64,000 nucleotides of DNA. Source: Azolla caroliniana. Its lineage: Eukaryota; Plantae; Polypodiophyta. Below the pieces are notes generated by a model. That model had not been told where the DNA came from, ran no database searches, and saw only the letters and a list, made by a program, of their open reading frames with translations. This document shows, piece after piece, positions 35,199 through 49,124 of this stretch (positions are counted from its first letter, which is position 1; each line of letters begins with the position of its first letter). The stretch is from the NCBI GenBank assembly GCA_043228905.1, contig JBHGNT010000020.1, forward strand, positions 10,354,001-10,418,000. The letters are read 5' to 3'. The position numbers were made by a program, and so were the translations under genes.

Positions 35199-38100
35199 GC
35201 TCCAATGATTGATTCAAGAAATCGAACACTGCTAGGGTTGTTCGAAGCGGTTCACATATAGCCTCCAAGAAAATATCCTTTAATTCCTCTTATGGAATTG
35301 GCCACGAAATTTGCTTTAATTGTTCGAATGACTCGAACGCTTTTTTCCCGTTCTAGGCATACCAATTTGCCGACGGCCCGTCAAGTGATAAGATGAACTC
35401 AACAATTTTTTATTTTTCCTCGGTTGCTGCTGACAGTTTGAAAGGAATATTGTTTCCTAAGCTATGCTCGGTCACAACCGAGACGTCGGATCAATCATAG
35501 AAAACAGGGATATGGTGAGATGTAGCTTACACACGAAACAGTAAAGAAGAGAGTGCACTGGATGTTAACGTGGAAAACCCGAATCTGGGAAAAACCACGA
35601 CAGCCCTCAGACTGCAAAATATCACTATATCAAGATTGCAACAATGGGGCACAGAGGCAACGACCTCTTGCTCCCTCGCATCGCCACCAGGCGATTACAA
35701 CAGAAGCAACAACCTCTTCCTCTCTCTCTCTCTCTTCTCTGTACACAGTTACACTCTGAATTATCGCCACAACGATAATAACACAACCAACTCTACATCA
35801 TACTATTAAGTTTGCCCTAGGTCATATTTATACTAATATGACTTTCGGGCTATTTACAAATATAGCCCCAGTGGGCTCTCTGGAACATATTTACATATAT
35901 GTCCCTTCCATCCGATGAGAGGTTCTCACTGGGCCTGAAACATCCAGTTCTCACCGTGTCTTCCGTTGTCGGGTACTCGTCATCCAGTTCTTCTCACTTT
36001 CCATCCAGAGGGACCTGTTTCCTAACAAACTCCCCCTTCACTCCGGCATGGAATGTCGTACTAGTCCGATCCGCTTCCGACATGCATCTAGCTTGTCGGG
36101 TATCAGTACTTTGGTCAGCATATCTGACCCGTTCTCGGCCGTGTGGATCTTCATCAGTGCGAACTCTCGATCTTCTACTCGCTCCCGGATCCAGTGATAC
36201 CTACGTTGGATGTGCTTCGTCCTGGAATGGTACGCTACGTTCTTAGCAAGGTGGATGGCACTTTGACTATCGCAATAGAGCCGGTATTCATCTTGCCGGA
36301 TATCGAGCTCTCCAATGAAGTCCTTCATCCATAATATTTCTTTGTCGGCTTCCACAGCCGCCATGTACTCTGCCTCCGTGGTTGACAACGCAACCGTCTT
36401 CTACAGCCTCGACTGCCATGAAACAGCTCCCCCTGCATATGTCATTACATACCTGGATGTAGACCGGCTGGTATCCACATCAGCCGACATGTCCGAATTG
36501 ATAAAACCGTCAAGTTGAGGTTTACCGAAGCCGAATCAAAGACACATATTCGAAGTGCCCTTCAGGTACCGGAGTATCCATTTGACCGCGTTCCAATGCT
36601 CCTTGTCGGGATTGCTCATAAACCGGCTCACCACTCCGACTGCGTATCCAATATCCGGTCGAGTACACACCATTGCGAACATTAAGCTCCCGATGGCAGA
36701 AGCATATGGAACCTTCATCATATCTGCCTTCTCTCCTCTCGTCTTTGGGCTTTGCTTACCGGATAATCTATAATTTTCCAGGAGTGTCGATCCAACCGGT
36801 TTTGCTTCTAACATGTTGAACCGCTGAAGCACCTTTGTCACGTATTTCTCCTATGACAACCGCAATTGTTTCTTTGACCGGTCCTGGATGATGTGCATCC
36901 CCAGCATCTGTCTTGCCGGACCCAAGTCTTTCATTGCGAAAGTTCGGTTGAGAGCCTTCTTCAGCATCCGTATTTTGGCTTGGTCCCGTCCGATGATCAA
37001 CATGTCGTCCACGTACAGAAGGAGTATCAGGAAGTCGCCTCCTTCGAACTTCTTCACAAACACGTAGTGATCGGCCTGCATCTTGTGGTACCCTTGATCG
37101 GTCATGAAGGAGTCGAACTTCCGGTACCATTGTCGGGGAGCCTGCTTCAGTCCGTACAGGCTCTTCTTCAACTGGCAAACCAGGTGCTCCTTCCCTTTCT
37201 CCACGAATCCTTCCGGTTGCTACATGTAGATCTCCTCTTCGAGGTCACCGTGAAGGAATGTCGTCTTCACGTCCAACTGCTTTACCTCGAGTTCCATGCT
37301 TACCGCTATACTCAGCATCGTCCGGATGGAGGTCATCTTTACTACCGGGGCAAATATCTCGTCGAAGTCCACACCCTTCTTCTGTTGGAACCCCTTCACC
37401 ACGATCCTGGCTTTGTATCTCGGGGGGTTGCCGGCATCTCCCGGTTTCAACTTGTACACCCACTTGTTTCGGAGTGCCCGCTTTCCTTTCGGCAACTCCA
37501 CCGATTCATATGTATGGTTCTCATGCAGGGAATCCATCTCATCCTGCATGGCACTTAACCATTTGCGGCTATGGGCATCACTTTTAGCTTCCTCGAAGCT
37601 TTCTGGCTCCCCCTCATCAGTTAGCAGCACATGCTCTGCATCTGGAAATCTCTAGGGGGGCCTTCTCTCTCTGAGACGATATCTCTGTCTTTGGCTTTCG
37701 GCAACCGGCTCCTCTATTTGTTCTTCATCCGAATCTGATTCGGGATCTTGGCCGGTTCCGGTTTCACCTATTCCTTCTTCTTTGGCCTGTCTTGTCTCCT
37801 TACCGTCACCAGCCGGTTCATCGAGTGCTAACCGGTCTCTTGCCGGTTGGGTCTGCTCATCGTAGAATCGATCCTTACCGGTCGACTCGGAGTTCATTAT
37901 CTTCTTCTCTGACTCCCAGTCGGCGAGCGTCTTGTCCTCCATGAAGATAATATCTCGACTCCGGAATACCTTCTTGTCAACCGGATCCCACACTCGGTAG
38001 CCGAACTCATCATCGCCGTATCCGAGGAATATGCATGGCCGGGTCTTTGGATCCAACTTTCCTCTCCGGTCCTTAGCAACATGCACGTACGCGAGACACC

Positions 38101-38585
38101 CGAACACCTTTAGATGCCGGTAGGACACTTCCTTACCGGTCCATACTCTCTGCGGCGTGTCTCCGTCCAAGGGTACTGAGGGTGATCTGTTTATCACATA
38201 TGTCGTCGTCGACAGTGCCTCAGCCCAAAACTTCTTGGGTAATTTTGCATGCGCCAGCATACTCCGGACCCTCTCCATTATGGTCTGGTTCATCCTCTCG
38301 GCCAACCCGTTTAGTTCCGGCGTCTTCGGCACGGTAAATTCGAGCTGGATTCCCTTCGAGCGACAGTACTCCTCGAACTGCCCCCGGTATTCACCTCCAT
38401 TATCTGCTCGAACCGCCTTCAGATTTCGGCCGGTTTCTCTTTCCACTCTCGCGTGGAGCTCTTTGAAGACAGATAGCACCTGATCCTCGTCTTCAACGGT
38501 GTGGCCCACAAACTCCTGTTGTGGTCATCTATGAACATCACGAAGTACTGTGATCCTGCATGTGACTTCGTGTCCACTTGACACA

Positions 38586-41500
38586 TGTTACCGGCCGGCA
38601 AAGGAGTCCAGAGTGGGAAACGGAGAGCTAATTAAGTAGTAGGAATGTGGTTGTAATTAAGCTATGAGTGTGGACGGACGGACCGGAAACGGTATGCCGT
38701 TCCGGATCCGGACCGATCCCGAACAGGTGCGGATGGCACCGTTTTGTAATACAGACTGGAAACCTATTTAAAGGCCCGGATACAATGTAATAGTTAGCGG
38801 TTAATTAATGAAAGCTTAAGCGTTGTTATCTCTCTGTGTTAATTGTCGTTCTGTCTTAATTGTTATATCTTACGCGTGTTATGAAAGACGATCCTAATAA
38901 GTAACTTAATTAAGTCAGATTAAGCGTTGAAGTCTAATCCGGTTGCCGTAACACCCTTTGGTGAAGTGTCTCTCGTAGACACCCTGTGTTAGGCCATTGT
39001 CCAACCCGAAGAGTTAACACAGTTTTTGGCGACCACGATTCCTGTTTTTGCAGCGAACGACGGCACGGATGGATGTCTAGATCAACGCACGACCTGGTTA
39101 CAGATCGAACTCGGCGCCTTGCCAAAAGGCAAAGGAGACGCGAGGCTTTCCAGCAAGCGGCGCAGGAAATTAGAGCGGATCGCTCGTTTTCCAACGTAAT
39201 CCGGAGAGTAGAGGAGGACTCCCTCTGGTTACAGCAAACATCGCACCCGGACGACGGCAGCAGCCTAAGCAGCCTCTGGGAAACCGAATCCCTTCTCCAC
39301 GCGTTGGCAAACGGAGAAGGCGAAGCAAAGGCCTTTTCAGCATATGAATCAGACTCCGAAGGGGAATACAGCGTGCACACGAACTACCGTAGCAGCAACG
39401 AAACCCCGGGCGGACCGGAGGACGAAGGATCGAATACCTTACCGACACCGGAACCGGAACCGGAAGTGCTAAAGCTGGAACCCCCGCAACCAGCAGAGGA
39501 AGAACGACCTCCGACACCGGAAGTCGAAGAGGAGAGGCCTCCGTCACCAAAGGAAGAGAAACAACCGACACCGAAATCAAATCGGGAAAGACCACCGACA
39601 CCGGAGAAAATTCCGGAACGAGCACCAACACTACCAGCCCGCGCACCGATACCGGACGACGACATGCCGTTCCAGTACTCTGTTGGGAGACAGGTCCCTC
39701 CGGATGGAAACGGCATGAGGAGAACCCGGCTACGGAGAGCCGGATAATACAGACCCGGTGAAGACCGGATGAGGAGTACCCGGCTACGGAGAGCCGGATG
39801 GTGCAGGCCCGGTATGAACCGGATGAGGAGTACCCGGCTACAGAGAGCCGGATGGTGCAGGCCCGGTATGAACCGGATGAGGAGTACCCGGCTACGGAGA
39901 ACCGGATGGTGCAGGCCCTGGTACGAACCGGAGGAAGAGACATATTCGTAAATATGTTTCTGAGAGCCCATCGAGGCTACATTTGTAAATAGCCGAAAAG
40001 TCATATTAGTATAAATATGACTTAGGGCAAACCTTTTAGATGTGGTTGTAGTTGTTGTTACTTTTCTTGTTGGTGCAAAAAGAAGAGAGAGCACGTAATA
40101 GTGTACAGAGAGAGAGAGAGAGAGAGAGAAAGAGGTCGTTGCCTCTACTGTAACCGCCGCCTGTGGCGAAGAGCGTGAGTCCGAGGTCGTTGCCTCCAAG
40201 AACTCACTGTTTTGTACATTCATACATAGTGACAGTTTGCAGCCTGTGGGCTGCCGTGGTTTTTCCCCTAGTTTGGGGTTTTCCACGTAAACCTCCTGTG
40301 TAGTGTGTGTGTATCTTCCTCTCCTTTGTATCGTGTTTTATTTCCCGATTTTCTGTGTATGAAAATAATCTCGGTTGTGGCCGAACGTAGCGCATAAGGA
40401 ACGTTCGGTTCCCGTCATACTCCAAGTATAGAGATGATCCGGACGCGGAAGCTCATGTGCACGCCTTTGAACAGACATGGGAAGCCAACCATGTGTCCCA
40501 GCGATTGACACCGGAGGAAGAAGAACGCTCTAAGATAGCGGAGTTTGGCGTCACATTGGAGGGACCGGCAGCAAGATGGCGCCGGACGCAGGACCCGTCT
40601 ACCATCAACACCTTTGCAAATTTAAAAGCTAAATTCTTGCATTTTTTTCAAAAGGAGGTGGACCAGACCGTAATGGTAGGCTTATTTTATACCATCCGGC
40701 AAGGGGCAGGGGAGAGCATTCCCCAATTTGTCATCCGGTTTCAACGGATGCATAGTCAGCTTGCCCGTGCACCCCCAGAAGAGGAATTACGGACGATATT
40801 CCTAAACGCGCTCCGGGAACCCCTACGCACGGTTTGCACGGTAATCGACTTCCGCACAAGTACCATCGACCAGGTCATTGACCGGGTGAGAGAGATGGAA
40901 AAGACAAGCTCCTGGCTCACACTGGGAGCACTTCAACGGGCGTTACCGTCCGATGAAGACCTCCGGTTTCGGCAAGCAATACAGTGCACAACCTGCTTGA
41001 ATTCCGGACACTCGGCTCTAGAATGCACTATGAGGACGCAATGTGTAATCTGTCAATCCAAGAGCCATACGACGGATAGGTGCGAGTATAATCTGTTGAA
41101 TCGGCAAGCACCGCCCGTCCGACAAATTGAGCCACGTAGCAACCGGGATGAAGAAGACGAACGCTGGCGGCGAATGGACCGTGACCGACCGGCACAGGAT
41201 GTCCGGTTTGGCAAGCGACGGGAAAATGATGTCCGGTACGGTGATCGGCGGGATAACTATGACCGGCATGATCGGTACCAAGATTACAATAGACGATACG
41301 AACATTACGACCGGGAGCACTCCCCCGGGTATCGTCAGCAACGGGAGGAATACGGCAGATATAACGGGCAACCCCGTCAAGAGTACCGTAATAAGAAGAG
41401 CTATAACAAAAAACAGCATTTTAAAAAAGGCGGCTACCCCCGGGATCCGGAACAAGGAGCTCCAAGTAGCCAACCGGTACAAAACCCCGCGCGTACCGTA

Positions 41501-42791
41501 GGACCTGCCCCGGGTACAACAGACAATGCCGAATCTAGCAATACCCGGAAGGCCTACTGCTACTACTGCCGACAAGAAGGCCATTATAGTAACCAATGCC
41601 CGGTGAAGAGCTATGAAAAACGACCGGCGGTAAATATGGTAGTCCTTGAGGTGGCAAACCTGCAGCAGGTGACCACAAGGTCGAAGGGCATGGCCAAAGA
41701 ATGGGAGACACAGGAGACCATCCGGAAACAAGCAACGGAATGGGTAAAGAAAGCAAACGAGCAGAATGTCACAGACTTACAGCAGCAAAAGGAGAACACC
41801 ACAGGGCTTGCCGGCGGCAGTCACTCCGAGAACGAGACATGGCAGGCGTTGCAAGAATGCCAGATTACGTTACCACTAGGAAGACTCCTACAACTCGTGC
41901 CAAGATTCACGGAAGGACTGAAGACAGCCATGACGGCAGGAGAACCATCACCGGCACCGGTACTCTTCTCGAATCCGGAGGAGGGACCAACAGTGGTAGA
42001 CACCAGCAGTCCGGTAATCACTGCCATTGTAAAAGGGAAAGAACTCCCCAGCACAATTATAGACGAAGGCTCTGGGTAAATGTAATAAGCCTCCGGACGT
42101 GTGATGACCTAGGAATCCACGAGTGGGAGCCGTGTCCGTTCTGGTTGCGGATGGCCGATACAAGCTCAGTGCGGCCGACAGGATTAATACGGAAATTAGA
42201 AGTCACCGTCGGCGGTCATACATTTCACATCTCAGCCGTAGTGCTACAATTACAGGCACAAGGCGCATACCCGCTATTGTTGGGGCGGCCATGGTTGAAA
42301 ACGGCACATATCAAACAGAATTGGCGAAAAAATATAATTACCTTCCGGCGAGGAAAAGCCAAGGTACGGGTACCAACACAGCCAAGGACGAGCACTGGCA
42401 AGGAATGTACACCGTTGTATGCGGAATGCGTCAACATGCTAGAAGGGTTAGCGGACGAAGAAGAAGCTCAATACCTGCAGGAAAACCCGAAGATCATACC
42501 CCTCTTCGAAATTGACATTGCCGAAGCAGTAGCACCATACTTACCACAACCGGAAGAGGCTGAAGCAGAACCGGATAAAGACGCAATCCGGGAGTTACGG
42601 CAAGCGCAGGAAGCGTTGGAACGGGAAATGGCCGTTTCACAGCGCGTGAAAGCGTCGCAACTGGAAGAGGTGAACCTAGGCACCACAGACGAAGCAAAAC
42701 CGGTGCACATCGCCAAGGAGATGAAGTCCGAAGACAAAACGGCGATGATAACACTTCTCACGGAATTCCGCGATGTGTTCGCCTGGTCATA
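38586..42791 (+). mobile_element. 3'-truncated Gypsy element D, relative of B: LTR 38586-about 39019, PBS TGGCGACCAC, gag-protease 39073-39680 + 40423-42791
   Basis: Gag homologous to B gag, CYYCRQEGHYSNQC knuckle, IIDEGSG protease; ends at the RT start DVFAWS. Confidence 0.88.
39681..40417 (+). mobile_element. Solo LTR of the Copia C family in gag of D
   Basis: TG...CA; perfect TSD TACTC; removal restores MPFQYSKYRDD; about 57-bp tandem repeats. Confidence 0.95.
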
Positions 42792-45700
42792 ACGTGTGTG
42801 CATGTGGATGGATACGAGGAGGTGTGAGTGAGTGTCCAGTATGAATGCTCAATGGGGCTTACACCCCTATGTATCTATCCCCTCTTGTACTATTTAACCC
42901 CTTATGGGGAATGAATGAAACATGAATGAACATTTCTCTATCTCTCAATCTCTCTCTTGTCATCTCTCTCTTCTATCTCCCCTTACGTTGAACCCCCTTG
43001 GGAGGGGGGTGGAGCCATTCTAGGCACCACCCCCCACCCCGCAATGCTTCTCTATATGATCTCTCTCACCATCATACTCTCCATCACCATGTCTATCTTC
43101 ATTACCAATCATCATAGTTATCATTCATCATCATCGTCGTCCTTAACCCTAACCCTAAAACCTACAACACCTTTTGGCGACCCCCCTTTGGAGATGGAGT
43201 CAAAGAATGATACGCGGATGTGCAAGCCATAGCGACTAAGTGTAGGAAATGGTGAAACGCGCAAATGACGGTGAATATGTTGGAGGAAGTCTATGGAGGA
43301 ATGCATGAATGGCAACAATGTTTGTGCGAGGTTGCGATTAGTGTCCATTTGCGTGTTTCCGAAAGCGGTTAGTGACAATGTGCGTGTTCTCAAAAGCGTG
43401 GTGCAAGATGCACGGCTGGATAAACAGCAACGCAAAGGGAACTGGTGCCAGCACGACCAGAAAGAGAAGCCCACCAGGAGACTGCGGAGAAAGTCGCAGT
43501 GTGTGGAGCGGAGACCGGTAGGATGTGCTGAGAATGCACGGGCAATGGTTCCAGAAGAAACAACACGGAGAGAGTCGGAACCGGAATCGGAACAAGAACT
43601 AGAGTTGGTTAACACCGAAGGACCATAAAAGACAGAGAAGAGATGCAAACGCAAACCAGACATCGACGACCAGAGAAACCAACAGCACCGGAAAGACACG
43701 GTCGGAGACACCTAACAAAGAAGAAGACCACCGGACAAACAGAGACATGGATGTCGACTGCGATAGAGATATCGCACAAAGACCATGGGCAATGCAGAAT
43801 GGCGGAACCAAAGACAAAGTCCCGGAAGGCCACGGCCAACCAGACAGACACAGCCAGAAAAACGAAGGACCGGACTAGATCAGACGAACGATCAGACGAA
43901 ATGGGGAGTCGACAGAGGCGACTGGCAAACCCAGACGGAGACAAAGACACCGACATGACATAGCCAGAAACGGAGAAGTCAGACGAGACGACGTGATGCA
44001 AAAAAACCACAGACGGGGGCTAGAGAAAAACACATAAACACAATGATGGAATGGTCCGGATAGAAGAAACGGAAAAAAAAAACGGAATGAACCGGACGGA
44101 TACAACCGGAAAGACATGGCCGTTTGTGCCGAACAACAACGAAGATGGAGACGACCGGACAGCAGTTCGAGCGGTCAGATAGGCCGGACGGTGACCGGAC
44201 AGGAGCAACCAGAGCGGCCGAAGAGCGGCTAGAAGGGCCGGAAACCGATCGAAATATCCGGACAGTGGCTGGAGCAGCCGAAGCGGCCGGAGGGCTGGAC
44301 AAGGCCGAAGAAACAGACACAAAGCCGGGATGACGTCCGGACAGTGGTGTGGCTGGAGAGTGACAGGAACGACGGCCAAATAGCAACAAAAGCGGCCATA
44401 ATAGCCGGACGACGCCGGAAAGCCCGCTGGAGTAGATGGCCGAGTGCAGACTGGTCGGATAGGGCCGACAACGATGACATCCAAATGGCGGCGACGTAGG
44501 ACACTGACAACCAGATGACGGCCGACCTAGGCAAAAACAGTGATGGCGACGGCTGGACGGGGCGATAGAGACAACGACAACGACGGAGATGGTCGGACAT
44601 GCGCCCGAATAGTGGACGGGCCAGATCGGACGAACACAGTCATATCGGACAACGAAGAACAACCGAAGTGGTTGGACAGGGCCGATAGAGACGGCAAAGA
44701 CGCCTGACCACGGCCGGAGAATCAGCGGCCAGAACGGCAACAAAGCCGGGATGATGACTGAACAAAGCGGCTAAACGATGGACCTCGGCCAAAACAGACG
44801 GCCGACTGCAGATTTGCCGGATATGGCTGACAAGGCCGGCGACAACAACAAATGGAGACGGTGATGACCGGACAGGGCCAGATAGACAGGCGCCGGACAA
44901 TGACCACATACGACGACAATGGCGGGGCCGGACAGACATACATAGCAAAAGACAAAGCGAGGGAGATGGAGACAGCGATGACAGAGACGGAAACAGCCAG
45001 CCAGACGGGCCGGACAGAGACGGTGACTGTGCCGGCGACGCAGACGCCGAATAGTGACAGATGCCACAAAGTGATGGCGACAGGGAGTGGCCAGAGAACG
45101 GTTAGAGCGACCGAACCGGCGGCTCGATTGTAAGAAGGCGGGTGGATGAAGTGGCGGTGGTGGCATCAGCTGAACAATGGACAGACGTAGAACAAACAAT
45201 GGACACACCGAGAAGAAATACTGGTGGTCGCAGAAGAAATAGAAAGAAAACAGAGAAAAGAAGAAGAGAATGTAGCAGGAAGAGAACATAGAAGAAGAAG
45301 AGAAGGCACAGAACAGAGGATGGAGAGAGGAGAGAAAGGACGACAAGAAGAGAAGCAGGAAACGAAAGCAGAAAGAAGACGAAAAAGATGAGGGATACGC
45401 ACCAGAGAGAGTGCAATAACGGACCACAACAATAACCTAGAGATAAAGACAAAGTCAAAGCATTACAAAAACAAGAAGACAGGAATGGATAAAGACGAAA
45501 TTGAAGCAGAAGATAGGACGGGAAGAAAAATAGAGAAAGGGCAAGAGAGAATGATAGGGGTATGGAACATAATTTTAAAACATGAGGGTATTTGATAATA
45601 TTTCAAAAACAAAGGGTAGCAACCTAAAATTTCATAAACTTGAGGGCACCGACAAAATTGTAAAAACTCATCCACCTAAAGAAATGGATGTGATCAACAA

Positions 45701-46467
45701 CGACAACTCACACAAAATTAAAGGAAGAACACACATACACACAACATGCTTTTGGACCCATGATGAAGTTTGTAAGCCGACAGAACGAGAATGTTTGTGT
45801 CGCGGACGATTTGCTGACCGACAAAGATGTTCGAGTCAAGCATTCCGATCGAGGGAGTCGATCGTTGAAAGGGTCGATGGAAGTTCCGGTCGAAGAAATA
45901 TCATCATCAAGGCATGTGGGATCGACGTGCAAGGCACTTTCCCACGGGCATGCCATATTGTGTTACCCCGTACGAGATGTACAGAGAGTCAAGTGTGATG
46001 ATCGAGGGTCGAATGTTATCATGATGTTGTTGTGTATGTGTAGGAGGCATAAATGTAATTGTGAGTCTATACGTATGTGAACACATGCACACGTGTGTGC
46101 ATGTGGATGGATACGAGGAGGTGTGAGTGAGTGTCCAGTATGAATGCTCAATGGGGCTTACACCCCTATGTATCTACCCCCTCTTGTACTATTTAACCCC
46201 TTATGGGGAATGAATGAAACATGAATGAACATTTCTCTATCTCTCAATCTCTCTCTTGTCATCTCTCTCTTCTATCTCCCCTTACGTTGAACCCCCTTGG
46301 GAGGGGGGTGGAGCCATTCTAGGCACCACCCCCCACCCCGCAATGCTTCTCAATGCACATGATCTCTCTTGCCATCAATCTCATACTCTCCATCATCATC
46401 ATAACCACCATGTCTATCTTTATCATGATTATCATCGTCCTTAACCCTAACCCTAAAACCTATAACA
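42792..46467 (+). mobile_element. Non-coding LTR element E (LARD-like): truncated 5' LTR 42792-43169, 3' LTR 45961-46467
   Basis: Near-identical LTR copies; PBS TGGCGACC at 43175; 2.8-kb purine-rich interior with no recognisable protein motifs. Confidence 0.85.
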
Positions 46468-46748
46468 ACACACATCAGTATGCACCAACTCCAGTGGTGC
46501 ATTACGTCTCATCGGTGGCCTCGATCGGAAGGAGGTCCGGTTTTGTTTACCGGCCAGACAATCAGTGCACTTCTCCAAGTGCACGTTCTTCACTGGAATG
46601 AGGTTGTCATCGGCAAGCCTCTTCATCCCCTTCACGCTCATGTGACACAGTCTCTTGTGCCACAGCTCACCGACAGTGTCGAAAGCCACGTTCACTTCTT
46701 CCGGGCATAACCGGGCATTCATCAGGTACAACGTGTTGACCTTCCAGG

Positions 46749-47018
46749 TGACGGAAACCCAACGTTCCTTATGTGCAAGGCTCGGCCACAACCGAGCTTA
46801 GAATGATACACAGAAAACGGGAAAAACAACGCGACACAAAGAAGCAGAGAATACACAGGAGGTTTACGTGGAAAACCCCAAACTAGGGGAAAAACCACGG
46901 CAGCCCACAAGCTGCAAACTGTCACTATGTAGGAATATACAACAGTGAGTTCACTGAGGCACCGACCTCGTGCTCACAAATCTTCGCCACAGGCAGCGGT
47001 TACAACAGAGGTAACGAC

Positions 47019-47067
<49 letters not shown>

Positions 47068-47511
47068 CAGTTACGCACACTAATCTCATGCAAAACAGAA
47101 AAATGACAACAACTACCTTAAAGGTTTGCCCTAAGTCATATTTATACTAATATGACTTTTCGGCTATTTACAAATGTAGCCTCGATGGGCTCTCAGAAAC
47201 ATATTTACGAATATGTCTCTTCCTCCGGTTCGTACCGGGTCTGCGTCATCCGGCTCTCCGTAGCCGGGTACTCCTCATCCGGTTCACACCGGGCCTGCAC
47301 CATCTGGCTCTCCGTAGCCGGGTACTCCTCATCCGGTTCACACCGGGCCTGCACCATCCGGCTCTCCGTAGCCAGGTACTCCTCATCCGGTTCACACCGA
47401 GCCTACACCATCCGGCTCTCCGTAGCCGGGTACTCCTCATCCGGTTTCGGCCGAGGCCGATAGCGGCACTGTTCTTCTCCCAACCCATCCGGAGGGACCT
47501 GTCTCCCAACA
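46749..47511 (-). mobile_element. Solo LTR of the Copia C family inserted in element C itself
   Basis: TG...CA; perfect TSD CCAGG; about 57-bp tandem repeats 47245-47445. Confidence 0.95.
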
Positions 47512-49124
47512 CCAGGCCGGAGCCACAATCAAGCTCCCTTTGTTGAACTTCATAACACCGTTCCGGATGCTACCTGTGTGGCCTTCATCATCTAGCCGAC
47601 CGGCTGATATCAGGTTCAGTCGAACCTCCGGAATGTGTCGGACATCCTTCAGCAGCAGCTTGCATCCGGTTGGTGTTGTCAACCACACGTCTCCTATGCC
47701 GACAATTCGGCATGTACCTTCATTCCCCATTCGGACACAGCCGTGATCACTGGCTGAGTAGGATGAGAAGCATTTCCGGTCCGGGATAAGGTGGAACGAC
47801 GCTCCAGAGTCGACCACTCAGGTCATCTCATCGTTGGCAAGGTTTAGCTCACTCTCCTCGGTGATGAGCATCAACTCTTCTTCACTTGCCGCAATTGTCG
47901 TCATTCCCTTCCGGTCCGGCCCCCTCCGGTCTTTACCATTTCGGTCCAGTGTCCGCTTCGAATCGGTACCGTCGGTTTCCTTGTCTTTTCGGAAGTGCCG
48001 ACAGTTCTTCTGGAAGTGTCCCGGCTTGCCGCAATAGAAGCAAGTAGGCCTCCCCCTTGACTATGACCGTGTCCCCGACTTTTCCCGGTTCTGGGGACCA
48101 CGGTTCCTTTGCCTTCCACGTTCCGATTCGGTAAGGAGCGCTTTGGAGTTGGGGTTCATATCCTTGTCTTTCCAACGCGCCTCCTCATCTAGCAAGCTCG
48201 ACTTCACCCTTGCTAGGGATAACTGTTTCCCTTCCGGCCTGACATTGCCCAAAGTGACAACCAACGTCTCCTAGCTATCTGGGGGGAACCGAGAAGGAGT
48301 AGTGCTAGTACCTCATCGGCGAGAGGTACTTCCAATGATGTTGCTTGGTTGATCAGCCCCTGGAAGACATTCATGTACTCCGCCATGCTGGAGTTGTCTT
48401 GGTACCGGAGTCTTACTAGCTTCCGAAATACCGAAACCTGATTAACAGCATTTTTGTTTTGAAACATAATGCCGATCTTCTCCCAAAGCTCATGAGCCTT
48501 GCTCTCTTCATTGACTTTGTTGTATAGACTCATGTCGATGAAGCATCGTATGTACACAGTTGTCTTCATGTGCATCACCTCCCATATCGTGGCATCGATT
48601 TTGTCCGGTCTCTTGTCCCCGAACTAAACCGGCAACCAAAGATCTTTAACCACGAGCATGTCCCTCATCTTCGACTTCCACACTAAATAGTTGGAGCCGG
48701 TGAGCTTGAACATGCCTCCCAACGAATCGTCCATTTTTCTGTGTCGTTTCACTCTTACCAGTTTGAAAGGAATACGGTTTCCTAAGCTATGCTCGGTCAC
48801 AACCGAGACGTCGGATCAATCACAGAAAACAGGGATATGGTGAGATGTATCTACACACGAAATAGTAAAGAAGAGAGTGCACTAGATGTTAACGTGGAAA
48901 ACCCAAATCTGGGAAAAACCACGGCAGCCCTCGGACTGCAAAATATCACTATATCAAGATTACAACAATGGGGCACAGAGGCAATGACCTCTTGCTCCCT
49001 CGCTTCGCCACCAGGCGGTTACAACAGAGGCAACAACCTCTTCCTCTCTCTCTCTCTCTTCTCTGTACACAGTTACACTCTGAATTATCGCCACAACGAT
49101 AATAACACAACCAACTCTACATCA

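Noticed and set aside
43121-45460. Many overlapping 100-250 aa ORFs in element E
   Set aside because: Low-complexity translations caused by strand composition bias; no domains recognised.
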